Below the pieces are notes generated by a model. It had not been told where the DNA came from. It made no database searches and saw nothing but the letters and a program-made list of their open reading frames with translations. Shown one piece after another: positions 18,278 through 26,326 of a stretch of 64,000 bases of DNA; within the stretch, counting starts at the first letter, position 1; the number at the start of each line of letters is the position of its first letter. The DNA is taken from the NCBI GenBank assembly GCA_016872515.1, contig VGZR01000008.1, positions 4,112 through 68,111 of the forward strand. The letters run 5' to 3'. The translations under genes were made by a program, and so were the position numbers. Origin of the DNA: SAR202 cluster bacterium (GTDB lineage: Bacteria > Chloroflexota > Dehalococcoidia > Lucifugimonadales > VGZR01).

Positions 18278-18988
18278 GTGGTGAAACAAGTTACCGGCAA
18301 GGTCACCGTTGGCGAACCCGCCCCGGAGTTCACCCTGCCTGCCCTCGAAGGCAGAACGGTGCGCCTCGCAGACTACCGCGGCAAACGGCTCATTCTGTTC
18401 ATGTGGGCTTCGTGGTGAGCCTGCAGAGGCCAGTTGCCAGGTTGGCAGCAGTTCTACCAGAAGCACAGGGCCAGCGGCATCGAACTCCTCTCGGTCGCCC
18501 TGGACGCCCATGGCGCGGGCAGGGCCGAGCCATACCTGCGGCAGGCGAAGGCCGAGTTCGTGACCGTCGTGGACGAGCAGAACCTGCTGGGAGACCTCTA
18601 CGGCTTCAAGGCCATCCCCAACGGCTTCCTGATCGACGAGCAGGGCATCCTCAGGTACGGGGAACTGGGCACCTTCGACGTCCGCAAGCCAAAGACCCGA
18701 GCGCTGCTCGACCAGTGGGTCGCGGGCAAGGGTACCGGGGTGGCGCGATCAGCGGAGGCGCCCGGCAATCGCCACGCCCAGGCCAACGCCCACTTCCGTG
18801 CTGGAGAGGCTCTCTACCGCCAGGGCAAGGTGGACGAGGCCGTCGCCGAGTGGCGCAGGGCCGTCGCCCTGGAACCCGACAACTACATCATTCGTAAGCA
18901 GATTTGGGCCGTCCAGAACCCGGACAAGTTCTACGACGGCGACGTGGACTACGACTGGCAGGACGAACAACTGAAGAAGGGGTTATAG
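18278..18988 (+). CDS. TlpA/redoxin-like thiol-disulfide oxidoreductase with C-terminal TPR, candidate selenoprotein (TGA 18416-18418 read as Sec)
   Basis: Track ORFs 18218-18418 and 18434-18988 share a frame and are separated only by the TGA. Read-through gives ...RLILFMWASW-U-ACRGQLPGWQQFYQKHRASGIELLSVALD... Start GTG 18278 lies 5 nt after AGGAGG (18267-18272). Confidence 0.7.
18433..18449 (+). promoter_or_regulatory. SECIS-like hairpin after TGA 18416
   Basis: GTTGCCA (18433-18439), loop GGT, TGGCAGC (18443-18449). Seven bp including one G-U. Starts 14 nt after the TGA. Confidence 0.5.
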
Positions 18989-18989
18989 C

Positions 18990-19775
18990 GTGAAGGTCCA
19001 GGACCTGTTCAACATGACGGGCCGCGTGGCGGTCGTCACCGGCGGCGGGACCCATCTGGGCAAGGCGATGGCCGAGTCGCTGGCCGAACTGGGCGCCACC
19101 GTCGTCATCGCCAGCCGCCGCAAGGAGTTGTGCGAGGAGGTCGCCTCCGAGTTCCGCCAGCGGGGCCTGAAGTGCGAGGCGACGGGCTGCGACGTGACCG
19201 TCGAGGCCCAGGTCAACGACCTAGTGGACGCCATCGTGAAGCGCCATGGCCGCCTCGACGCCTTCATCTGCAACGCCGGCGGCAGCGTCCCCGCCGAAAA
19301 CACCCCCGACAGCTCGGTGGACGCCTTCTGGAAGACGGTCGAGATGAACGTCCTGAGCACCTTCATCTGCGTCCAGGCCGCCGCCAGGGTCATGGTCAAG
19401 CAGGGCCACGGACGCATCGTCACCGTCGGCTCCATCCACGGCTCCATGGGCACCGATAAGCGGATGTACACCCCCGGCCACAAGCGCTCGTCCATCGGCT
19501 ACTTCGCCGCCAAGGGCGGCGTCGTCAACCTGACCCGCGACCTGGCCGCAGAGCTCGGCGAGTACGGCATCACCGTCAACTGCCTCAGCCCGGGCCAGAT
19601 ACCCAAGCCGGGCGTCAACCCCGTCCTCTTGGAGCGGCTGGAGCAGCGCACGCCCCTGCGGCGCAACGGCGTCCCCGAAGACCTCAAGGGCGCCATCGCC
19701 CTCCTTGCCTCTCCGGCAGGCGCCTGGATCAGCGGCCAAGACCTGCGCGTGGACGGCGCCTGGAGCGTCTGGTAG
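18990..19775 (+). CDS. SDR-family oxidoreductase
   Basis: GRVAVVTGGGTHLGKAM (TGxxxxG) ...NAGG...YFAAKGG (YxxxK), 261 aa. Confidence 0.88.
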   Translation: MKVQDLFNMTGRVAVVTGGGTHLGKAMAESLAELGATVVIASRRKELCEEVASEFRQRGLKCEATGCDVTVEAQVNDLVDAIVKRHGRLDAFICNAGGSVPAENTPDSSVDAFWKTVEMNVLSTFICVQAAARVMVKQGHGRIVTVGSIHGSMGTDKRMYTPGHKRSSIGYFAAKGGVVNLTRDLAAELGEYGITVNCLSPGQIPKPGVNPVLLERLEQRTPLRRNGVPEDLKGAIALLASPAGAWISGQDLRVDGAWSVW

Positions 19776-20004
19776 CAGGGTGAGGCTCCTTCGGGCAGAA
19801 GACCACTGACCGGCGGGTTGACCAGGGGTAGCGGCCGTTTCAGGAGCGGCTTCCCTCCTCGCAGCACCTGCTGACACTCGCGATGGCAGCGGCAAGCGAG
19901 GAAACCCCTGCATCTACCGTCATCCCACAGCTACCGTGATTCTCCCTTTCTCCCTTGAACTAGGTCCTGAAGGGACCAAGGCAGAAACGTTTTCTCACGA
20001 ACGG

Positions 20005-20173
20005 ATGGCGGTATGACGCCATGTATTCTCCCTTGAGGAGTTTTCTATGAACTTGGCCCAGAACACCACCACGGACGCGATGCTCCCTTTCTACCTTGAA
20101 ATGGTAGGAAAAGGGAGAAATGTTTACGGCTCTCCGCTTGCTGTACGAAGCGGCGTATTCTCCCTTGAGGAGT
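20005..20173. repeat. Two hairpin + 19-nt motif units, plus a long bulged hairpin, in a non-coding convergent spacer
   Basis: Unit 1: ATGGCG-GTATGA-CGCCAT (20005-20022) followed directly by GTATTCTCCCTTGAGGAGT (20023-20041). Unit 2: CCGCTT-N8-AAGCGG (20134-20153) followed 1 nt later by the identical 19-mer (20155-20173). Between them lies a 13-bp bulged hairpin (20083-20117). Confidence 0.6.
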
Positions 20174-20232
20174 CCCAGGGATCCGCGCAGGCTTGAAGCA
20201 TCTGGCGAGGGGCTGTGCCGCAAGCCTCACCC

Positions 20233-20282
20233 CTTCAGGCCGAGCAGGCCGGCCTGAAGTCCCTCCCCCGTGTTCGGGGGAG
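20233..20282 (-). terminator. Two tandem hairpins downstream of the 2-hydroxyacid dehydrogenase gene
   Basis: CTCCCCCG-TGTT-CGGGGGAG (20263-20282) and CTTCAGGCC-N9-GGCCTGAAG (20233-20259), just past the stop at 20288. No clear U-tract. Confidence 0.45.
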
Positions 20283-20287
20283 AGCCC

Positions 20288-21262
20288 CTACACCACCACG
20301 TTCTGCGGCCGGCCCTCCAGGAAGGCGATGACGTTGTCCACGACACCCTCGTTGAGCAGCTCGACCCCTTCCGGGGTCATATCGGCGATGTGCGGCGTCA
20401 GCACCACCTGCTCGCACCTCAGGATGGGGTGGTCCGGCGGCAGCGGCTCCTTGTCGAACACATCCAGCGCCGCCCCCATCAGGTGTCCCGACACCAGCGA
20501 CTCCACCAGCGCCGCCGTGTCCACCAGGTCGCCGCGCGCCACGTTCACCAGCAGCGCCCCGGGCTTCATCATCGCCAGCTCCCGCCTGCCGAGCATCCCC
20601 TTGCTTTCGGGCGTGAGCCGCACGTGGAGGCTGACCACGTCGGACTGGCGGAGCAACTCTTCCAGCGTAACGAACCGCACACCCAGCTTGGCCGCCCGCT
20701 CCGGCGTCGGGTGGTACGTCCATGCGATGACCTTCATGCCGATGGCGTTGCCCAGCCGTGCCATCTCCGAGCCGATAGCGCCAGTGCCCACGATGCCCAG
20801 CGTCTTGCCCTGGATGAAAACGTTGTCGGCGCGGGCCCACCGGCCCTGTTTGAGCTGCGCCGTCTGGTAGGCCACCCGTTTCGCTGCGGCGAACATCAGC
20901 GCAAAGCCGTGCTCGGCCACAATCTTGGCCGTCCGCCCCGGTTGGTTGCAGATGGTGATACCCAACTCCTTCGCCGTCTTGAGGTCGAGCATATCGGTGC
21001 CGATGGAGCAGGTGGCGATGAGCCGCAGCTTCGGCAATTGCCGCAACGCCTCGCCCGGCCACTTCACCGCGCCCCGCGTGTTCAGGATGACGTCCGCGTC
21101 CGTGACCCGCGCCAGCTTCTCCGCGTCCGTGGCGGGCCGGTTGGTGTACAGCACGACCTCGCCGTAGGGCTTCAGCCGCTCCAGGTGGGCCGACCCCTGG
21201 ATCTGCGGCGGGTCGTCTCCCGGAACGACGAAGCGTAGCTTCCCCTGCCGTGTCTGTTTCAT
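20288..21262 (-). CDS. D-isomer-specific 2-hydroxyacid dehydrogenase family protein
   Basis: ATG 21262 after AGGGGGT. MKQTRQGKLRFVVPGDD...GKTLGIVGTGAIGSEMARL (NAD fold) ...RGDLVD...LTPHIA. Confidence 0.88.
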   Translation of the reverse strand: MKQTRQGKLRFVVPGDDPPQIQGSAHLERLKPYGEVVLYTNRPATDAEKLARVTDADVILNTRGAVKWPGEALRQLPKLRLIATCSIGTDMLDLKTAKELGITICNQPGRTAKIVAEHGFALMFAAAKRVAYQTAQLKQGRWARADNVFIQGKTLGIVGTGAIGSEMARLGNAIGMKVIAWTYHPTPERAAKLGVRFVTLEELLRQSDVVSLHVRLTPESKGMLGRRELAMMKPGALLVNVARGDLVDTAALVESLVSGHLMGAALDVFDKEPLPPDHPILRCEQVVLTPHIADMTPEGVELLNEGVVDNVIAFLEGRPQNVVV

Positions 21263-21385
21263 GCCTACCCCCTGCGTTCCATGCGCCTGCGCTCGGTCGA
21301 AGGGGAGACTAAGGCGCGACGGCGCGAAAGTCAATCAGGGCCTGCTGGTTGTCAAGGGTATTGACTTGGGCTAGAGTGGAGAATC

Positions 21386-23359
21386 GTGATTTTGATTAGA
21401 AGGTTTTGGGCCGTCGTCCTGGCGGTCGTTTTCTTCATCCTGCTGGTAGGCACACTCGTTCTGTTCCGGGTTATGCAGACTGCCTTGGAGCCGGACTTTT
21501 ACAAAGAACAGCTCGTCAAAGCCGACATCTATAACTTCGCCCTCAACGACCTCCTGACCTCCTCGATCAACGACGCCCGCAACCTCCCGCCCGAAAAGTT
21601 CCCGGGCTCCCAAAAGTCCAACGCCCTCGTCGCCTCCGGCCTGACCACCGAACAGATCACCGCTTCCATGAGCCGCGCTGTGCCCGCCGACTGGCTGCAG
21701 AGCGAGGCGGAGATGGTCGTGGACCAGCTGGGTGTCTATATCGTTGGCAAGCGCGACGAGTTCGAACTGAAGCCACAGTTAGGCGACCGGGCCGCTATCA
21801 TCGTGGACGAGGCCCAGAGCCTGCTGCGTCAGTCCAACACCTATGACCTCGTCTTCACCGAGTTCGTTGACCCGTTCGTGGAGGAGGCCGCGGGTGGCCA
21901 GCTTCTCCTGGGGATACGGGCCAGCCCCGAGCGGCTTTCCGAGGCGGTGCGCGCGGTGTTTCCGCCCGAGTGGATATCGGCCCAAGTTGACGTACTGATA
22001 GACGGGGCATCTCCTTACCTCACCGGCCAGCAGCCAAGCTTCTCCATCACCATCAACCTCTCGGACCGAGTGCCGCTCCTGTTGGAAGAGGTGAAGGGCA
22101 TCCTCCGCGAGTCCGACGCCTACGACCTTCTCTACACACAGGTCGTCGAGCCGCGCGTCACCGAGACCCTCCAGAGCCAGGTCGCCTTGCCCGCAGGCAT
22201 CACCCTCACCCGCGAGGAGATCCTGGACGCTCTGCGGCGCGTCGCTCCGCCGGAGTGGGTAGAGGCGCAGGTGGAGGCGTTCATAGGTTCGACAGGCGGC
22301 TACCTGGTTGGTACGTCAGACACCATCGGCATCCAGGTGGACCTGCGTGAGAACAAGCAGGAGGCAGCCGTCGTTCTGGGGGAGATTGCGGACCGCAGGC
22401 TGGAGGGAATCGTCTCCGGCCTGCCCGTTTGCACGGCCCAGGAGTCTCTCGACCTAGCCGCCGATATCGCAGCGGGCCGGTTCACGGAGATGCCCTCGTG
22501 CCGGCCCTCTTTCCTGACTCCTGAGACGTTGAAGCCTCTCCTCGACCTCGACCTCAGCGGCGCCATCAGCGCCACGGTGCTCTCGAATATCCCCGACACC
22601 GTCGAGTTCAACGAGTCGTTCCTCCGGCAGGCTGTCGCCTCGGACGGCGGCGGCGCAGAAGACGCGCTGGAACGCCTCGACCAGGTACGCGACTGGACGA
22701 AGAACGGCATCACCTTTACCGACAACGACCTGCGCGAGCGGCTCGGCGACAACGCCGCACGACTTGATGACCTGACTTCCTTCATGGCCGACTCGTTCAC
22801 TTATACCCATGAGGACTTCCGCGAGGACCTGAGCGCCCAGAGCGGCACCGAGGCTCTCGATACTATTGACACCGTGCGGGATGCGCTCAAGCGGGTGCGC
22901 AGCCTGCTGTGGCTCGCCTACCTCGTCCTGGCGCTTCTGCTGGTGGCCATCGGCTTCCTCGGAGGGCGGAACTGGCGCAGCCGGGTCATGTGGGCGGCGG
23001 CGCCTGTCATTATCTCCGGCCTAATCCTCGTCATAGTCTCCGGCCCGGTGTACAGCGGCGTGGTCGGTGGCAGGATTGACACCGCCCGTACCAACGCCAT
23101 CTCCGATCTCGACCAAGCGGACGGCTTCTATAACACTGAGGTGTTGCTCATCAATAAGGGGTTCGAGGTCGTTGAGAACGTCCCTGGCGAGTTCGTGGGC
23201 GGCATCCTCACCTCGGGCGTGTGGTTGCTGGTCATCGGCATCGCCGTCATCCTCGGCGCCGCTTTCTGGCCGCAGCTACGGCAGCGCGTGGCGGGGATGC
23301 GTGGTGGCGGCGCCGCAGAGCCGCCTGCCACAAGCCCGCCCTCACCGCCGAAACAGTAG
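21386..23359 (+). CDS. Hypothetical membrane protein with three tandem ~95-aa repeats
   Basis: 657 aa. N-terminal TM helix, then repeats marked by AVPADWLQSEAEMVVDQLGVYIVG / VFPPEWISAQVDVLIDGASPYLTG / VAPPEWVEAQVEAFIGSTGGYLVG. C-terminal TM cluster and Pro-rich tail. Confidence 0.7.
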   Translation: MILIRRFWAVVLAVVFFILLVGTLVLFRVMQTALEPDFYKEQLVKADIYNFALNDLLTSSINDARNLPPEKFPGSQKSNALVASGLTTEQITASMSRAVPADWLQSEAEMVVDQLGVYIVGKRDEFELKPQLGDRAAIIVDEAQSLLRQSNTYDLVFTEFVDPFVEEAAGGQLLLGIRASPERLSEAVRAVFPPEWISAQVDVLIDGASPYLTGQQPSFSITINLSDRVPLLLEEVKGILRESDAYDLLYTQVVEPRVTETLQSQVALPAGITLTREEILDALRRVAPPEWVEAQVEAFIGSTGGYLVGTSDTIGIQVDLRENKQEAAVVLGEIADRRLEGIVSGLPVCTAQESLDLAADIAAGRFTEMPSCRPSFLTPETLKPLLDLDLSGAISATVLSNIPDTVEFNESFLRQAVASDGGGAEDALERLDQVRDWTKNGITFTDNDLRERLGDNAARLDDLTSFMADSFTYTHEDFREDLSAQSGTEALDTIDTVRDALKRVRSLLWLAYLVLALLLVAIGFLGGRNWRSRVMWAAAPVIISGLILVIVSGPVYSGVVGGRIDTARTNAISDLDQADGFYNTEVLLINKGFEVVENVPGEFVGGILTSGVWLLVIGIAVILGAAFWPQLRQRVAGMRGGGAAEPPATSPPSPPKQ

Positions 23360-23368
23360 CAACGGGCG

Positions 23369-24037
23369 CTAGGGCCTCACCGGACGCGCCACCAGCAGCC
23401 CGCTCTCACGGGACACTGCGATGGCGAATTCCAGGGAGTCCACGCCCAGGGCGATGTCGCGGTCCTTGGGATGGAAGTGCGGCGTCGCAGGGTCGCCGTA
23501 CTTCTGCGACTCCGCCCCGGCTAAGATAAGGCGACGCACCGCGTCAACGTCGGGCGCCCGGCCCTCCAAGCGGTTCTTGAGGAGCATGGCGCACTGCTCG
23601 TCCTCGTCGGAGCGGACGAGGCCCGACGCGCCCATGGCAACGATGGTGACGAGGCTGGGCTTGGCGGCGCGGACGGCGCGGACGGTGGGCCCGGCATTGA
23701 CAAGCGAGGCGGCGAAACAACGCTCGGCCTTGGCCGCGCTGGCGACGCCCACCGTACCCGCGCGCGTGGACTGTACCAGCGTGCGGCCTGCGACGTCGGC
23801 CTGGGAAAGCTCATAGGGCGAGTTGCCGAAGTCGAAACCCTGCGGGCGCTTCCCGTCCACCTCGCCCATGCACAGGCCGGCCACGCCCTTACGCCGCAGC
23901 TCCAAGGCCTCCTCCACCCCCGCCACCATGATGACCTTCTCCGCCCCGCGCGAGAACGCGACGGCGGCCGTGGTGAACGCGCGGAAGACGTCCACGATGA
24001 CCACTGTGCCCTCCGCGGCGCGCGCGCCGGGTATCAA
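23369..24037 (-). CDS. 2-phosphosulfolactate phosphatase (ComB)-family protein
   Basis: 222 aa. TVVIVDVFRAFTTAAVAFSRGAEKV. Family assignment made by eye. Confidence 0.65.
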   Translation of the reverse strand: MIPGARAAEGTVVIVDVFRAFTTAAVAFSRGAEKVIMVAGVEEALELRRKGVAGLCMGEVDGKRPQGFDFGNSPYELSQADVAGRTLVQSTRAGTVGVASAAKAERCFAASLVNAGPTVRAVRAAKPSLVTIVAMGASGLVRSDEDEQCAMLLKNRLEGRAPDVDAVRRLILAGAESQKYGDPATPHFHPKDRDIALGVDSLEFAIAVSRESGLLVARPVRP

Positions 24038-24080
24038 ACTCTCGATGCGGACGTTCAGGGCGGCGCCTCGCTAGACATGC

Positions 24081-25316
24081 TCACGCCGGCGTGCGTAGTC
24101 GGCCCAGCAGCCCGCGCTGGCCCTGCCCGTGTGCACCACCGTAGGCGGCCTCGCGTCGGAGGGATGTTACCAGGTACGTCACGGCGGCGATTAGGGCGGC
24201 CAGGTGCCACCCGAGGCCGAGCCGGCGCCGCACGTCCAGATAGCTCCGCTCTCCCCGCAGGAGCTTGCACACCGCCTGCCACACCTTCGGGCTTCGCCGC
24301 TGCAACCGCACATACATGCGCGGGCTCAGGTGGAATAGTGTGTGAAGCGTCCGGCCCGCGTCCAACTCGGGCAAAAGGGTCTCCCGCAGCTCGTCTTCGT
24401 ATCCCGCGAGGCTCGGCGCAGCGCCGGACAGGTATGCGGCTAGATGCTCGGAGGCCGTTTGGCCGCTGAAGATGGCGGCGTATATGCCTTCTCCCGTGAG
24501 GGGGTCGAGCAGCCCGGCGGCGTCGCCCACGGCGAGCGCGTTGCCTTCGGTGAGGCACGAGGCGCCCGTGCGCACCGGCAGGTAGTGGCCGCGCAGACCC
24601 CATAACTGGCCTGGCTCGAAGCCATAGTACCGCACTAGGCGGTCGAGACGCCGGCGCAGCGTCGGACCGGCAGTCCTCCAGCCGCCGACTCCGACGTTGA
24701 CGTGGTCTCCCTTGGGGAAGAGCCATCCGTAGCCGCCTGGGACGTCGCCCAGGTCGAAGCCCATCGTCGCGTTCCAACGCTGCAGGACACCTTCCTTGGG
24801 CGTAATGTTGCCTTCCAAGGCCACTCCCAGGGAGAGCCGCGCTGGGATGCCCGCCAGCCTGGCGGCGATGCCGTTGGCGCCGTCGGCGGCCACCAAGGTG
24901 CGGCCCTGGTGCCACACGGCCCCAGCAAGCACTTCAACTCCACTCTTGGCGCGCCGGATGTCCTTGACCTGGGCATGGGGGACGAAAGCTACCCCTACAT
25001 CAACCGCCTTCTGCAAGAGGAACGCATCGAGTCGGCTGCGCTGGGTGAGGTACGTGACCGGCTGGGGGTAGTCGCGTCCGAAGTCGCCGGATTGGCGCCA
25101 GGAAAAGCGTATCCAGGAAATCGTACGCTCGACGACCGGCGATAGGTCGAAGGGCAGGAGCTTGGCCGAACGGATGCTGACCCCGCCGCCGCAGGGCTTG
25201 TCTCTGGGGAACTTAGCCCTGTCCAAAATGAGCACGGACGCGCCACGACGGCCGCACTCGAAGGCTGTCGTGCTGCCCGCTGGACCCGCGCCGACGACGA
25301 TCACATCGTGTTGCAT
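24081..25316 (-). CDS. Geranylgeranyl reductase-family FAD-dependent oxidoreductase (paralogue 2)
   Basis: MQHDVIVVGAGPAGSTTAFECGRRGASVLILDRAKFPRDKPCGGGVS...VGDAAGLLDPLTGEGIYAA. Confidence 0.85.
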   Translation of the reverse strand: MQHDVIVVGAGPAGSTTAFECGRRGASVLILDRAKFPRDKPCGGGVSIRSAKLLPFDLSPVVERTISWIRFSWRQSGDFGRDYPQPVTYLTQRSRLDAFLLQKAVDVGVAFVPHAQVKDIRRAKSGVEVLAGAVWHQGRTLVAADGANGIAARLAGIPARLSLGVALEGNITPKEGVLQRWNATMGFDLGDVPGGYGWLFPKGDHVNVGVGGWRTAGPTLRRRLDRLVRYYGFEPGQLWGLRGHYLPVRTGASCLTEGNALAVGDAAGLLDPLTGEGIYAAIFSGQTASEHLAAYLSGAAPSLAGYEDELRETLLPELDAGRTLHTLFHLSPRMYVRLQRRSPKVWQAVCKLLRGERSYLDVRRRLGLGWHLAALIAAVTYLVTSLRREAAYGGAHGQGQRGLLGRLRTPA

Positions 25317-25406
25317 CGGTCGGGCCAGAAAGTCTGTATCATGCGGCGCGTCACTTTTTAGACCATCTGCCGGCCCAGGCCCTGGACTTTTCGGACGGCT
25401 TTCGCG

Positions 25407-26300
25407 TCAACGGATGCGATCGAGCACCGAGATGCCTGAAACCTTCAACTTGGAGACGTACACCGCTGGGGGTGTCGTGATGAACAACAGCTTGCAGTCC
25501 CAGCCGTAGAAGGCGAGGTTAGTGCACACGTTCGGCACCCTCAGGATGCCGAGGGCTTTGCCGGTCTTGTCGGCGACCCACACACCACCCGGGCCAGTGA
25601 CGTAGGCGTTGCCCAGGGTGTCCACCTTCATCCCGTCACCGATGCCTTCTAGGTTGTGCTTCATCGCCAGCCAGAGGCGCTTGTTGGCGACGGCCCCGTC
25701 CGCTTGGACGTCGAAGGCGTACACGCAGTTGTCGGCGGAGTTGACGACGTAGAGCAGCTTCTCGTCAGAGGAGAAGGCGAGGCCGTTGGGCTTGGCGATG
25801 TCGCCGATTAGCCTATCGAGGCGCCCGGTGACGGAGAGGCGATAGACGCCGCAGGTGTCCTGGGATGCCAACGACGGCGCTAGCCACTGCTCTTCCGGCC
25901 CCATGAAGTAGGGGTCGGTGAAATAGATAGAGCCGTCGGACTTGATGACGACGTCGTTGGGCGCGTTGAGGGGCCGTCCGTTGTAGCTGTCGGCCAGGAC
26001 GGTGATGGAGCCGTCGTGTTCCCTGCGGGTCAGTCGTTTGAGGGTTCCTTCGCAGCTGATGAGGCGGCCCTGGAGGTCGAGCGTGTTGCCGTTAGCGCCG
26101 CCCGTATTGGTCCGCTCTTTGCCGAACCAGAACGGCGGGCAGTAGCGGATGATCTCCTCGCGCAGGATATCGCTGAAGATGATGTAGCCGGTGGGGAGGA
26201 ACAGCGGGCCTTCGGTGAAGCCGAAGCCGTCGCCCGCCTTCCAGAGCTCCTGTTTGTCCACCAGGTCATGGAACCGCTTGTCGAAGACGATGTCTTCCAC
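25407..26300 (-). CDS. SMP-30/gluconolactonase/LRE-family protein
   Basis: 297 aa. FTEGPLFLPTG...NGNTLDLQGRLISCE...PNDVVIKSDGSIYFTDP...PNGLAFS (beta-propeller repeats). Confidence 0.85.
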   Translation of the reverse strand: MEDIVFDKRFHDLVDKQELWKAGDGFGFTEGPLFLPTGYIIFSDILREEIIRYCPPFWFGKERTNTGGANGNTLDLQGRLISCEGTLKRLTRREHDGSITVLADSYNGRPLNAPNDVVIKSDGSIYFTDPYFMGPEEQWLAPSLASQDTCGVYRLSVTGRLDRLIGDIAKPNGLAFSSDEKLLYVVNSADNCVYAFDVQADGAVANKRLWLAMKHNLEGIGDGMKVDTLGNAYVTGPGGVWVADKTGKALGILRVPNVCTNLAFYGWDCKLLFITTPPAVYVSKLKVSGISVLDRIR

Positions 26301-26326
26301 GCTGCCCTCCGGCTAGAGATATGCTG

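Noticed and set aside
20023-20173. Possible CRISPR array (identical 19-nt direct repeats)
   Set aside because: Only two full copies, the repeat is too short, the 113-nt spacer is too long, and there are no cas genes. Better treated as duplicated RNA or regulatory units.
24055-24915. 286-aa minus-strand ORF in an alternative frame of the geranylgeranyl reductase gene
   Set aside because: Arg/Pro/Ala-rich off-frame product. The 24081-25316 frame has the FAD-binding GxGxxG and GDAAG motifs.
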